In this document: positions 38,738 through 49,052 of the stretch, in pieces
Layout: each line of letters begins with the position of its first letter
How positions within the stretch are numbered: the stretch's first letter is position 1
Assembly: GCA_965223265.1 (NCBI GenBank)
Contig: OZ244999.1
Span: 1,152,001 to 1,216,000 of the forward strand
Length of the DNA: 64,000 bases
Direction: 5' to 3'
Origin: Planctomycetota bacterium
Lineage (GTDB): Bacteria > Planctomycetota > UBA8108 > SXIK01
Translations under genes and position numbers: made by a program
The notes under the pieces: generated by a model
The model's input: the letters and a program-made list of their open reading frames with translations, nothing else
The model's database searches: none
What the model was told of the DNA's origin: nothing

Positions 38738-38986
38738 ATGACAACGAAGGCCCGCGTCGCGCTCGCTGACTTTCTCGATCGCGTCTTGCATTCCGAGACG
38801 CGACCGGAGGATTTCGACGTGCAGTGGGGCTCACTCGAGCTTTCAGAACCGCTCGACAGACTGTACGCCGTGCTCCCGCACTACCTCAGTGACTACCGCA
38901 TTCGTGCGCGTGATCCATGGTATCGAGAGATGCAAGAGCACGAACTGAAGAAGATGATTTGTCTCCTGCGGGAAGAGGCCCAATGA
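38738..38986 (+). CDS. Small hypothetical protein, possibly frameshifted at the 3' end
   Basis: An 82-aa ORF starting 3 nt after the ada-like stop. Confidence 0.55.
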   Translation: MTTKARVALADFLDRVLHSETRPEDFDVQWGSLELSEPLDRLYAVLPHYLSDYRIRARDPWYREMQEHELKKMICLLREEAQ

Positions 38987-39320
38987 GCGCGATCGAGCGG
39001 ATCTCGTTCCTCCAGTATACGAAGGATCAGCCATAGCACGCTCCTGGCATGTCTCTGGAGTTGCTCGCTTCTCGCGGAGTGATTGTTGGGCGAGGCGCTA
39101 ACCTTTGGAGCTGTGGGACAAGGCCTGGCCACTGCAGCGAACCCTGGCGCCGCGCGCTCAAGCGTTTTCGGTTGGCGGCGGTATGGATCACCTTGATCCA
39201 AGATCTACCGGCCGATTTCGCGATGGGTCGCCGTTAGGAAAGGAGGTGTGACGGTGAAGTTTTCTCGTTTACGATGCGCCGTTCAGGCCCGTTGCGGCAT
39301 CCTTCACCCGAACCTGCGTC

Positions 39321-39659
39321 ATGGATAAACCGGAGGATCGTTATTTGAAACACCCAGTCACTTTCGTAGCCGCGCTAGTCTTCGGCTTCGCCGCGTTGGT
39401 TCCGGGCTGTACGCAGGCGTTGTCGGAGCCGCCGCAGTCCACCATCGAAGCTGTCGCCGCTTCGCCCGGATCGATCACCGGGAGGTTTCAAGTGACCTTC
39501 AAGTATCGTACCTCCCCGACGAGCACCTCCGGGGGAGCGAGAGCGGCGACGCGTATCGATTTTTACGAGAGCTACGTTGTCATGCACAACGAAGACCGCA
39601 CGGGGCAGCTATTCCCGTTGCGGTTGATCGAAGAGTTCCGTTGGGAAACCGAGAAGTAG
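39321..39659 (+). CDS. Hypothetical lipoprotein
   Basis: Hydrophobic stretch ending in LVPGC. Confidence 0.6.
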   Translation: MDKPEDRYLKHPVTFVAALVFGFAALVPGCTQALSEPPQSTIEAVAASPGSITGRFQVTFKYRTSPTSTSGGARAATRIDFYESYVVMHNEDRTGQLFPLRLIEEFRWETEK

Positions 39660-39670
39660 TCTGCACGAAC

Positions 39671-39967
39671 ATGAAGAAGCGAATCAAGATCACGGAAAAT
39701 ACTCCGGTTCCAGTTCACCTGAGCGCCAGGGCGCGAGAGTTGATCGAAGAGGTTCTTCCCGGCTCCCCGTCGGTGAAGCAGTTTTCGTTGGCGCTGCCGG
39801 GGAAAGACTTCACAGCAAACTACACACTCTACGACATTGAAGAGATTATGGGTTTCGTTGCCGTGGAGGCCAACCACACGACGAACCGAAAGAGGCAACG
39901 GGAGCTTGACAACCTTCGAGTTTTTCTCGACGGCGAGATGCAGAAATACGATGACGGCAATTGGTAG
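39671..39967 (+). CDS. Small hypothetical protein
   Basis: Helical, protein-like ORF (TLYDIEEIMGFVAVEANH...QRELD) co-oriented with its neighbours. Confidence 0.6.
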   Translation: MKKRIKITENTPVPVHLSARARELIEEVLPGSPSVKQFSLALPGKDFTANYTLYDIEEIMGFVAVEANHTTNRKRQRELDNLRVFLDGEMQKYDDGNW

Positions 39968-40015
39968 ATCATCCACTGACCATCGGAATGGTGCCTGCTG
40001 GACTTGGTCGGCACG

Positions 40016-40813
40016 ATGAGCACCGTCCGCATCGCCCTCGCAAACATCCGCGTGCCGACGACACCGGAAGAGTCGGTCCTCTTGGCGACATCGGCAGTCG
40101 CTGAGGCGGGCGGGCAGGGTGCGGCGGTGGTCTGCTTTCCCGAGTGCTTCGTCCCCGGGTACCGATGGCCGGACACGACACTGCCGTCGCCTGACCCGGC
40201 GTTTCTCGAACGGGCTTGGACTGATGTGGCCGCTGCTGCCAAGGCTGCTCAGATCACAGTCATACTAGGCACGGAACGAGTGACCGCGAGTGTTCTCCAG
40301 ATCACTGCCTGCGTGATCAACCCCGACGGCACCGTCGCCGGGTGGCAAGACAAAGCACAGCTCGACCCGTCGGAGGAATCCACCTATCCGGCGTTCTCGA
40401 CCGAACGTCGGACTTTCACCGCCGGGCCGCTGACCTTCGGTGTGGTGATTTGCCACGAGGGGTGGCGGTATCCGGAGACCGTGCGGTGGGCCGCGCGACG
40501 AGGCGCGCAGGTCGTGTTTCATCCACACGTCCATGTTGCTGAACCCGGAAGCTATCGCCCCGTCACATTTGCCGACCCCGCGAACACGTTCCACGAAAAG
40601 GCGATCCTTTGTCGAGCGGCCGAGAACACCTGCTACTTCGCGTCAGTGAACTGCGCGAGCGAAGGTTCCGGCACGACGTCGGCGATTGCACGCCCCGACG
40701 GTACGCTGCACTGCTTTCAGCCATATGGACAAGAAGGGTTGCTCGTCGCGGACTTGGACCTCAGTCTAGCGACCAGATCCCTCGCCACGCGATGCCGGAC
40801 GTCGCCGATGTAA
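40016..40813 (+). CDS. Carbon-nitrogen hydrolase (nitrilase superfamily)
   Basis: CFPEC, QDKAQL, ICHEG and CRAAEN. Confidence 0.9.
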   Translation: MSTVRIALANIRVPTTPEESVLLATSAVAEAGGQGAAVVCFPECFVPGYRWPDTTLPSPDPAFLERAWTDVAAAAKAAQITVILGTERVTASVLQITACVINPDGTVAGWQDKAQLDPSEESTYPAFSTERRTFTAGPLTFGVVICHEGWRYPETVRWAARRGAQVVFHPHVHVAEPGSYRPVTFADPANTFHEKAILCRAAENTCYFASVNCASEGSGTTSAIARPDGTLHCFQPYGQEGLLVADLDLSLATRSLATRCRTSPM

Positions 40814-40859
40814 CGACGAGTTGCGAGGCAGCTTCAGTTCGGTATCTGTCTCGACGAAT

Positions 40860-41056
40860 CTAAGAAAGTCCCACGACCCGCCTGGCTGTCTGAGACTGAT
40901 CCGCGGCCAGAAGATCTGAGGCCGGTCATGACAAGGTCCTGGTGGGAGGCGAACGGCTTTCCCAACTCGTGGGCGAGTTCCGTGAACTTGTTCCATGAAG
41001 GTTCACCATGAGCATGTAACCGACATACCGCTTAAGGTTTCCAGATGAAAGAGTTC
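40860..41056 (-). pseudogene. Internally deleted, frameshifted remnant paralogous to the Gfo/Idh/MocA gene at 43277-44338
   Basis: It reads YVGYMLM../SWNKFTELAHELGKPFA fused to SHQDLVMTGL..AADQSQTARRVVGLS*. The intact gene has YVGYILMTHPSWSKFTEIAHDLGKPLA and SHQDRVMTSLKIVFAADQSQKAKQVVELT*. Confidence 0.85.
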
Positions 41057-41140
41057 GAGCACCTGGCCTGCAATGACTCGCCCTCGACGCTCCGTGCACG
41101 GCCGCGCGTCAAGGTCGTGACGTTAGTTGGGCGCCAGATT

Positions 41141-42361
41141 TCAACCGGCTGGTTCCCTGCGCCTTTCGGCAACTCTCTGGAACGCTGTGAGAATCCTGAG
41201 TGTTCTGTGCGCCGCTGTGCGTCCTTCGTTGATTTTCAGATCAGGACGCGCTCGCAACTCATCAGGCACATTCCACGGTACAGAATTCGACTTCAAAACC
41301 AGCGAGCGTAGCTTCTTGAGTCGAAGTAGCGGCGACAGGTCATTGGCACGTCCGCACCGACCCAAGGAGAGACTCTCCAGCTCACTCAGTTCACCGAGCA
41401 CTACGAGATCCGAAGGCGAAAGGTTCCAGATTTCTAAGTGCCGAAGCGCAGGAAGTTGCCCGAGCACACGAAGATCCGTGACGTACGGTAGGTTGTACAG
41501 CTGCAAGTCTCGAAGTCGGGTCAGTGCGTCGAGTGGCGCAATGGACTCGACACGAGGAAAATCGCGTTTCGCCAGCTCTGGTGGAGCAAATCGCAGGAAG
41601 AAACGCGCGAGCCGATGACGACCGGCCCTACGATAGATTTCACGAATCGTGTCGACATCGAGATCGTTCGGACTCGCGAGAAGGCGCATCGTTATGCCCC
41701 CTCGAGCCTCACCTCCGAAGGTCAGCTTCTCAAGACGTGTCAGTGATCGAAAGACGTTTAGATCGATGGCCTCGCGACAGTCCCGAAGCTCGAGATTTTG
41801 GAGATAAAGGCAACCCTCCAGTGGCATAAGATTCTTCAAACGCCAGCAGCCTTCTATCGATGCTTCCTGGAGTCCTTCCGAACCCGCCAGTCCTGAGAGA
41901 TCACGAAGGAATTCGGCGTCCCGAACGCGTAGCTTCTGCAGCTCGACGAAGTCTCCCGTGAGTCGCTCCAAAAGCTTGCAGCGCTCGACAGTAAGGGTCA
42001 GAAGTTTGCGTAAACTCGCACCCGCGTGGATTTGCCGAAAGAATGGGCAACGATCGACGCGGACATGCCGCAGCCAAGGTAGCACCGGGAGATCGCGAAG
42101 ATCACGCAGTTTCGAAATCCCGCGAAACGTAAGATGACGTAGAGCCGGAAGCTGCTGTAGAGGGGCGAGATCGGGGCACCGTGCGTAGTCCTCGAAGCTA
42201 ACGGCACGCAACTTGGGAAGCCGTGTCAACGTTGATACGTTCGAGATGCGTCGGAGCTTGATCGCCGTGACCTCGCCGAGAGCTTCGTGGGTCAGCTCTT
42301 TGTCTTTCAGCTGCTCCCGGACGGCGGCTTCGATACCAGGGTCGAGTGTGGACGCGTCCAC
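41141..42361 (-). CDS. Leucine-rich repeat protein
   Basis: Repeated L..L..LR.L.L..C..L.DL units. Confidence 0.85.
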   Translation of the reverse strand: MDASTLDPGIEAAVREQLKDKELTHEALGEVTAIKLRRISNVSTLTRLPKLRAVSFEDYARCPDLAPLQQLPALRHLTFRGISKLRDLRDLPVLPWLRHVRVDRCPFFRQIHAGASLRKLLTLTVERCKLLERLTGDFVELQKLRVRDAEFLRDLSGLAGSEGLQEASIEGCWRLKNLMPLEGCLYLQNLELRDCREAIDLNVFRSLTRLEKLTFGGEARGGITMRLLASPNDLDVDTIREIYRRAGRHRLARFFLRFAPPELAKRDFPRVESIAPLDALTRLRDLQLYNLPYVTDLRVLGQLPALRHLEIWNLSPSDLVVLGELSELESLSLGRCGRANDLSPLLRLKKLRSLVLKSNSVPWNVPDELRARPDLKINEGRTAAHRTLRILTAFQRVAERRREPAG

Positions 42362-42367
42362 AGCGTA

Positions 42368-43198
42368 TCATTCCTCCCGGAAGCAAACGCCCGCCTGGGG
42401 CGTCGCCGTGCAATCAGTGGTTTCAAAAATCAATGGAAACGAGGTCGTCGACCACCGCAGCTCGTAGAACTTTCCGTCGCGTCCCGTGAGTGGCCAGGAC
42501 TCGTAGGTGTCTTCAAATCGACGTGGCGCATCGGGCATCAGCGTTACATCCTCCAGCGGTTCTTCGACGCGCTGCACCTGCAAACGATTCGGCCAGAGAA
42601 CGTTAGAAAAAGAAAAGCCCCGAAAAAGCGGTTGGCCGGGAGCGAGATGCACGCCCGTTGCTGAATAGAGGTCGTGAAAGATTGTCACACCTGCGGCGTT
42701 ACGGTAGACATTGATCGTCGCTGCAAAGTATTTCCGTCGCACCAAGGAGAAGAGATAGGGTCCCGGACTGTCGCCCACTCCGCACTCCTCGTGTGGCTTC
42801 ATTCGCCATCGAATCAGTTGATCTTCTCGATCGTCGACGAAGTAGTTCACGTCGCTGACGATGACGTCCAGATCATCAACGGTTTGGCCTGCGCCAAAAA
42901 AGTCACGTTCCGAGCTCAGAACGTTGCTGGTAAGTTGCTGCCATAGGGTGTGAGCCGAGACGTAGGTAGTCAGGCGGTGCACGACTCCGTCTGTATCGGG
43001 CACCAGGTACTCCACACGAAGGACGTCGGCGCCCTCCGAATCTTCTGCGGAGAATCTCTCAGCGCGAACCCAATCGGTAAGACTCTGAGTCTCAACGAAC
43101 AACTCTCCGCCGTTCGCGTGACCGAACGCTGTACCCTTTCTGGGAAGAGGTATGTGGACTTTGAAAAGTCCCGCTAACGTATCACTCGGTGCGCCCAT
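42368..43198 (-). CDS. Hypothetical protein
   Basis: A 276-aa ORF ending 6 nt before the LRR gene start. Confidence 0.6.
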   Translation of the reverse strand: MGAPSDTLAGLFKVHIPLPRKGTAFGHANGGELFVETQSLTDWVRAERFSAEDSEGADVLRVEYLVPDTDGVVHRLTTYVSAHTLWQQLTSNVLSSERDFFGAGQTVDDLDVIVSDVNYFVDDREDQLIRWRMKPHEECGVGDSPGPYLFSLVRRKYFAATINVYRNAAGVTIFHDLYSATGVHLAPGQPLFRGFSFSNVLWPNRLQVQRVEEPLEDVTLMPDAPRRFEDTYESWPLTGRDGKFYELRWSTTSFPLIFETTDCTATPQAGVCFREE

Positions 43199-43276
43199 GT
43201 CGGCGAGTATAACCGGTTCTCATGCCCGCAATTCTCTACGGAGGTCAGTGCTCCGTGGGATCCTGAAGAATCCCTA

Positions 43277-44338
43277 CTACGTGAGTTCCACGACCTGCTT
43301 GGCTTTCTGAGATTGATCCGCGGCGAAAACAATCTTGAGACTGGTCATGACCCGATCTTGGTGCGAGGACATGTCGGAGTCGTTGCGGATGCAGTCGACA
43401 AAAGCTCTCTGTTCGAGCAGTGCGAGTCCATCATGGTCAGGCTCGTCCACCGTGATCACATCGTCTTCGCGGACGAACTCCTTCGCCTTTTGCTCGGCGT
43501 AGTGCCGGATGATGGTGTTCGCCTCCACGTGGTGGTCCTTGTCATCGGAGCGCCCTTTGGCCGGGACGATGCTGGCAGCGCCTCCCGGTCCGACGACGTC
43601 TTTAACGAAGTAAGCCGTCTCGCTCATCATCGGTCCCCACCCCGCCTCATACCAGCCCACCGAGCCGTCCTCGAATTCCACCTGCAGTTGGCCGTAGTTG
43701 CAGATGTGCTCCGGAACCAGATCCCAGTTGCGACACCCGATGGCATGCACTCTCACCGGCCGGCACTGGGCCATTTGATACATGATGTCGACGTAGTGAA
43801 CTCCGCAGTCAACGATCGGCGACTGCACCTGCATGATATTGTACAGCGTGTCGTAGAACTCACCTTTGGCCTGTTGGTTCAGGTTCATCCGCATGGCGAG
43901 CGGCTTTCCCAAATCGTGGGCGATTTCGGTGAACTTGCTCCACGAGGGGTGCGTCATGAGTATGTATCCGACATACAGCTTACGGTTCAGCCGGTTGGCC
44001 AGATCGAACAGTTCCTGGGATTCCTCCATGGTTTCCGCGAGCGGTTTCTCCACGAAGACGTGCAATCCGCGGTTCAGAGCGGTCGACACATAGTGGTAGT
44101 GGGAATCGGTATAGGTGCTGATGGCCACGGCGTCGGGGGACGTTTTTTTGAGAGCTTCCTCGAAGTCTGTGAAGCGAGGCACGTCGCCGGTCAGGATGTC
44201 GGCCAGCTTTTCCGAGCTGCTGAGATTCCTCGTGACGATTCCGACGTTCTGAACTCCGTCGATCTGTTCGTAGGCTTTAGCGTGCAGGGTCCCCATGAAC
44301 CCGGCACCCACGCTCAACACTTTGATTGCATCGCTCAT
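43277..44338 (-). CDS. Gfo/Idh/MocA-family NAD(P)-dependent oxidoreductase
   Basis: VGAGFMG, HVFVEKPLA, DCGVHYVD and WYEAGWGP. Confidence 0.92.
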   Translation of the reverse strand: MSDAIKVLSVGAGFMGTLHAKAYEQIDGVQNVGIVTRNLSSSEKLADILTGDVPRFTDFEEALKKTSPDAVAISTYTDSHYHYVSTALNRGLHVFVEKPLAETMEESQELFDLANRLNRKLYVGYILMTHPSWSKFTEIAHDLGKPLAMRMNLNQQAKGEFYDTLYNIMQVQSPIVDCGVHYVDIMYQMAQCRPVRVHAIGCRNWDLVPEHICNYGQLQVEFEDGSVGWYEAGWGPMMSETAYFVKDVVGPGGAASIVPAKGRSDDKDHHVEANTIIRHYAEQKAKEFVREDDVITVDEPDHDGLALLEQRAFVDCIRNDSDMSSHQDRVMTSLKIVFAADQSQKAKQVVELT

Positions 44339-45174
44339 GGTATAGATTCCTTTCTCCATGACGACTCCGTGTGGAAATCTTCCAGGAATCGTTCGAGGCA
44401 CGCCTCCTTGGTTCCCTTGAAGAGGTAGATCTTGCCGCGGATTTCGCGGGTTTCTCCTCGTCGCAGCGGGCCGACCCGGATCGACAGATGCATGCACTCC
44501 CAGGGATTGTGCCCTTGTGCGGAGAGAAAGTCTTCCCATGCGATTCCGGTGACCCACTGGCCGTCAGTTGACTCTCGGATCAGAATCCCCCGAGTGGCGT
44601 TGACCTCGGAGGTCGGCCACTTGTGGGAGAACGCAAATTCTCCGTTCGGTGAGACCGCCCCCAATTGGGGGCGCAGCTCGGCGTTGAAGTGGATCTCACG
44701 TTTTTGCTGCCTATGAAGCCCGGCCTCCGAGAGAAAGTAGGTGCGGGTGTTGGCGAGCTGACGGTTGCGCTCGTCTTTCGGGCCGGGATTGAAACAAGGA
44801 ATGATCGCCGCAAGCGGCGGCCAGTCATGATCAGAGCGGTTCGATATCGCGAGCTGCAGCTCCACGCCGTCCGAGACGGTCTGAAGACTCAGGCGGATCG
44901 CGTCCGAACTCACGGTGGCAGCGTCTTTGCCGGGACTGACTTCTCTTTTGAAGCCATCAAAGCCGCCGGCGGTATGCTCCCCTTTTTCGACAGCGTCGAA
45001 CATGTGCCACTCGTAGAACCACAAATACATCGCCATGGTCCCATGCTCGCGCGGGGCGACGGCGATGCCGCGCTCCCACTCTGACAACGCGAGCGTCCCT
45101 TGGTGGGAAGCGCATCCTATGCTCGTGAGGAAGCACAGCGTCAGAGCCGTGAGTTGCAGACTACGCCTTGGCAT
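44335..45174 (-). CDS. Hypothetical lipoprotein
   Basis: Lipobox SIGC. ATGA overlap with the oxidoreductase. Confidence 0.7.
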   Translation of the reverse strand: MPRRSLQLTALTLCFLTSIGCASHQGTLALSEWERGIAVAPREHGTMAMYLWFYEWHMFDAVEKGEHTAGGFDGFKREVSPGKDAATVSSDAIRLSLQTVSDGVELQLAISNRSDHDWPPLAAIIPCFNPGPKDERNRQLANTRTYFLSEAGLHRQQKREIHFNAELRPQLGAVSPNGEFAFSHKWPTSEVNATRGILIRESTDGQWVTGIAWEDFLSAQGHNPWECMHLSIRVGPLRRGETREIRGKIYLFKGTKEACLERFLEDFHTESSWRKESIP

Positions 45175-45421
45175 GGTTCCGTCCTGAGTGAAACGCACGG
45201 GAGTGCCGGAGGATGGACGTCGTGAAGGCAAGATACCAAAACACCCCGACATCGCCAGACGAAAGAACTCGAGCGACCGCCCAGTGACAAAAAATCGATC
45301 GGACACGGGTGGGATTAGTAGCGTCGTACCGACGTCATCGGTGTTGGAGAGTTCAACGACTCTGTTGGTCTTTTAGACTGATCAAGATCTGCGGCTGAGT
45401 CCCGTTTGAGATCACTCGACC

Positions 45422-47210
45422 TCACTCGGAGTGTTCACACAGGCGCACCGACTCCCGCGCGTCTTCCAGTTTATCGGTGACCCAGCCCACCCACGCGCTG
45501 TTCGGGATCCGTGCGTCCTTTTTCAACATTTCTCGCCACCGTTCGTCGGCCTCGGCCAAGACTTTTCTGGCCTCTTCGCATCGCTTGGCAGCGGCAAGAC
45601 GACTTGCCAGCTGAACGGTATAAACCGGGGTGCTCGACATACTGCTGGCCGCCCGTAGCAAAACAATGGCGCCACCGAGGTCCCCTCGCGCCTCATAACT
45701 CTCCGAGATGCTTGCCAGATCGTAGGCACTCCCGTCGATCGCCAGAGAGATGAACGCTCCACGTTCCCCTTCGAGCCCCAGTGTGGAGAGACCCATGTCT
45801 CCGATCACTCTCACCATGAGATAGCCAAGCACAGTCAGCAAGAGGATCGCGTAAAACGTTACCCGCGACCGAAATCTCGACGGCGGCTTAGCAGCCTGTT
45901 GAAAAAGTGCTTCGAGCCGAAAACTGGTCTCTTCGCGTCCAGATCGGCCGCGGCAAACGCAGGTAATCTCCGAGATTTTCGAGTATTGACGCGGTCGAGC
46001 TGGGCGTGAAGAGGCCGGTTTCTCGGCCGAATGACTTTTTCAACGGGCTGTTAGGCCGGGGATAGTCTGGTTGAACTCCCGTAGCGATGAGTCGATCGTA
46101 GAGTTCCGGATGAGTTTGTCTTTTCTGGCCCAGGACCGCAGGTGTGAGGTTGTACTCATAAATGCGTTCCAACGCGCTGGCGTAGATGCCAGCGTCCTCG
46201 TGGCTCTCTTGACCGACGCGGTCGGCTCTCGTTTCCATTCGCTGCGACAACCGACTGAACAGTAGCGACACGGCCGTGTATCCAAGTAGAGCCCCAACGA
46301 AGGCCTCAAGTCCGAATTGCCGCGGAATCAGGGGGGCCGCTGCTACCGGTAGAAACATAAGATGCGCCGCGAAACGCAGACGTCGAATGCGACGCGGTTC
46401 GTCGAGGTGGGCGAGTTCGTGCGCGCAAATCGCTGCGAGCTCACGATCGTTAAGGATTCGCAGCGCGACATCGCTGAAGGCGACCACGCGAGCGTGCACA
46501 AACGCGAACGCCTGCGCATCGTTGTAGGTGAGCTCAAGCACGCCTTGTGGTTCAATGTCCACTCGTTCGCTTACGTCCCGGACGATGCGTTGTACGTGCT
46601 CTGGCGCCGGTCGGGCCAGCCCGAGTGCACGCGCTACAGCGAGGGATCGATCGTGGACGGCCGCGACTGTCAGCACGAGCGCTAACGCCAGGAGAAACAC
46701 TGGAGCGATTCCAAACTCCTTCGGCATGACGAACGCGAAAATCAAAGGGATGGCAAAATGTGGCAGCATAACCACAGTGAAGCAAGTGGTTCCGGCTAGC
46801 ATCGATCGCAGCGGTCGTGGTTCTTCGACAAGTCGATTATGGAGTCTGGCGTGATTCATGTAGGCGCCGAGGAACGCACACAGCGCAAGGACCGGCACCG
46901 GAACTTTCCAGAGCGTTTTGGTGCTCGCTGCGGCGACTGTGGCGATGACGGGGAAGAACCACAAACAACTCGCCGAAAACCTCTGCGCCGGAAACGACCG
47001 CCGTGCGCGATCCACCCAGGAAGCCGCGGGAGCTCTTCGCAGAGGACGAAGCAAATACGCGGTCCCCATGCGCGAGAGCAAGTAAGCTCCAAAAGCCGCA
47101 AACAGACTGTAGTAGATTGTCCTCATCCATGGGATCCACGCGGGAAGCAGATCGCGTGCCGCTTCCAGAGCCGCTTCCTGCTCTGGAGTGAACGACACGG
47201 CCATGAACAT
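45422..47210 (-). pseudogene. M48-family membrane metallopeptidase interrupted by a MITE
   Basis: HELAH and METRAD motifs. Removing 45892-46054 restores a continuous frame (PDYPRPKPPSRFRSRVTFYAILLL...) of 541 aa. Confidence 0.88.
45892..46050. mobile_element. 159-bp non-autonomous MITE
   Basis: 17-bp TIRs CAGCCTGTTGAAAAAGT / ACTTTTTCAACGGGCTG (one mismatch), flanked by TTAG at 45888-45891 and 46051-46054. Confidence 0.92.
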
Positions 47211-47564
47211 GGACTAACCTCGAAGCGGAGAGTTGTTTAAAGGAACGCCCGAATCACGCGCACGCCTCCATAGCCTATACGCGAACCGTGTCGTTCGAAA
47301 CAGCATCGATGCGTCGTCTATGCCGCAGCGCGACGGATTGCACGTACTCCTGACCTGTGGGATGAAGTCTATGGCGAGCTCGACTCATGCCGGGCGATAA
47401 GACGTTTGATCAAGCTCGCGATGGTGCCAATCAGCAGAGACGCTCATCTAGCGTAGGAGAGTACAGCTTCAGTTGCGGCGGTGGCTTCGCGGTAGAAAGT
47501 TCGCAGTTTGCCAAAGAGCTCGACGAGCTGTTCCAGCTCGTCGTCGGATTCGTCTCCTTCGTAC

Positions 47565-49052
47565 GGGTGCAGATGTCGCATAACGTCGGTTTCGTAGGGA
47601 TTTACGAAGGCGTAGCAGCTTGACACGGCACGAAAAAAGTCCTTTCTCTTCGAATTGGAAAGTCAGTGAAGAGAAAGGACATGACAATGCTGGAGAAGAT
47701 CGACGATTTGCTTGGAGAGTTCAAGCGTCAGCTCTGTGAAACGCTCGGGGATTTCGAGTCGGCGGGCTTGAGCCCGCGGTCATTGTCGGCTTTCGAGCGG
47801 TCGCTGTTCGAACAGCTCGGGGAGCTTGGGCGAACGATCGAACGGACGGTTCTTGAAGAGAGCGACGTTGACGAACCGCACCTCGACATCGATGGCGAAC
47901 GGCACTACCGCAAGTACCGCGGCCCCAAGGAGTATCAGTGCTTTCTTGGGAAAATCGAAGTGAAGCGGACGGTCTATCAGGCCAACGGGGCGAGGGCTCG
48001 CACCATGTGTCCGTTGGAGCGCAATGCAGGCATTTTGCACCACGGCATGACACCGCTGGCCGCCGAATTCGTGAGCTACTCGACGGCATTGTCAGTCCCC
48101 GCGGAAGTCGAAGAGTTCTGTCGGCGCTGGCACTTTCTTCGTCCATGCGCGACGGTGATCAAGCACGTAGCAAGCGAAGTCGGCGAGCTAGGAGAGGATC
48201 TCTCTGAGATCTATTTCGAGCACGCTGTGTCCACCGAAGACGAAGCCGAGTCGGCTAAGGTCGCCGCCGTGAGTCGAGACGGCACCATGGTGAACGTTCG
48301 CGGCGAGGGCTGGCGTCAGGCGGAGGTCGGCACGATTGCGCTCTACGACAAAGCTGGTGAACGACTCTCAACAAAGTACGTCGCTGAAATGCCCGATGGA
48401 AGCGTGGAAGGTTTGAACGAGAAGCTCGACCGAGAGGTCCGAGCTGTCAAGGGCAGCCTTCCTCGGGGCGCGAAGTTGGTCTTTCTCGCCGACGGAGCGC
48501 TCTCGAACTGGACGTATCAGTCTGAGCATCCGATCCTCAAGCGCGCCACAGGCATCCTCGATTTCTTTCACGCTGCCGAGAAGCTGCGCGAAGCTTCCGA
48601 AGCTCTGTTTGGTCCCGGGAACCCGGAAGCGACAACGTGGTTCCGAGAGCAACGTGCGAAGCTTCTCGAGCAGAAGGACGGGGTCGAACGCGTACTTCAG
48701 TCCCTACGCAACCGTCGCACGCGGCGAGGTATCACGTCAGGGAAACGAGCGAAGACTCTTCACGAAACCGAACGATACTACGACCGAAAACGTGAACACA
48801 TGCGCTACTCGACCTATCTCACCAAGGGACTGCCGATTGGCAGCGGTGTCGTCGAAGCTGCGTGCAAGACCGTCGTCGGACACCGTCTCAAACGATCCGG
48901 CATGCGGTGGTCCTCTCGCGGCGGTCAGCAGATCTTGAATCTACGTTGCGCCGTCTTGAGTCGACGGTGGGATTCGTTCTGGGGCGCTCATGAGCAAATA
49001 CTCGGCGAGATGAAGATCGCGGCCTGATCCGCGTTATGCTGCGACTGCACCC
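47565..49052 (+). mobile_element. Insertion sequence, ISKra4/ISLre2-like (1488 bp)
   Basis: Imperfect 21-bp TIRs GGGTGCAG-N5-GCATAACG and an 8-bp target duplication CTTCGTAC at 47557-47564 and 49053-49060. Confidence 0.92.
47666..49027 (+). CDS. DDE transposase (ISKra4/ISLre2, UPF0236-like)
   Basis: SRDG, LADGA, LDFFHA and GLPIGSGVVEAACK.VVGHRLKRSGMRWS. Confidence 0.92.
   Translation: MKRKDMTMLEKIDDLLGEFKRQLCETLGDFESAGLSPRSLSAFERSLFEQLGELGRTIERTVLEESDVDEPHLDIDGERHYRKYRGPKEYQCFLGKIEVKRTVYQANGARARTMCPLERNAGILHHGMTPLAAEFVSYSTALSVPAEVEEFCRRWHFLRPCATVIKHVASEVGELGEDLSEIYFEHAVSTEDEAESAKVAAVSRDGTMVNVRGEGWRQAEVGTIALYDKAGERLSTKYVAEMPDGSVEGLNEKLDREVRAVKGSLPRGAKLVFLADGALSNWTYQSEHPILKRATGILDFFHAAEKLREASEALFGPGNPEATTWFREQRAKLLEQKDGVERVLQSLRNRRTRRGITSGKRAKTLHETERYYDRKREHMRYSTYLTKGLPIGSGVVEAACKTVVGHRLKRSGMRWSSRGGQQILNLRCAVLSRRWDSFWGAHEQILGEMKIAA

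Noticed and set aside
45892-49052. MITE mobilised by the neighbouring IS
   Set aside because: The TIR sequences and target duplication lengths (4 versus 8 bp) are unrelated.
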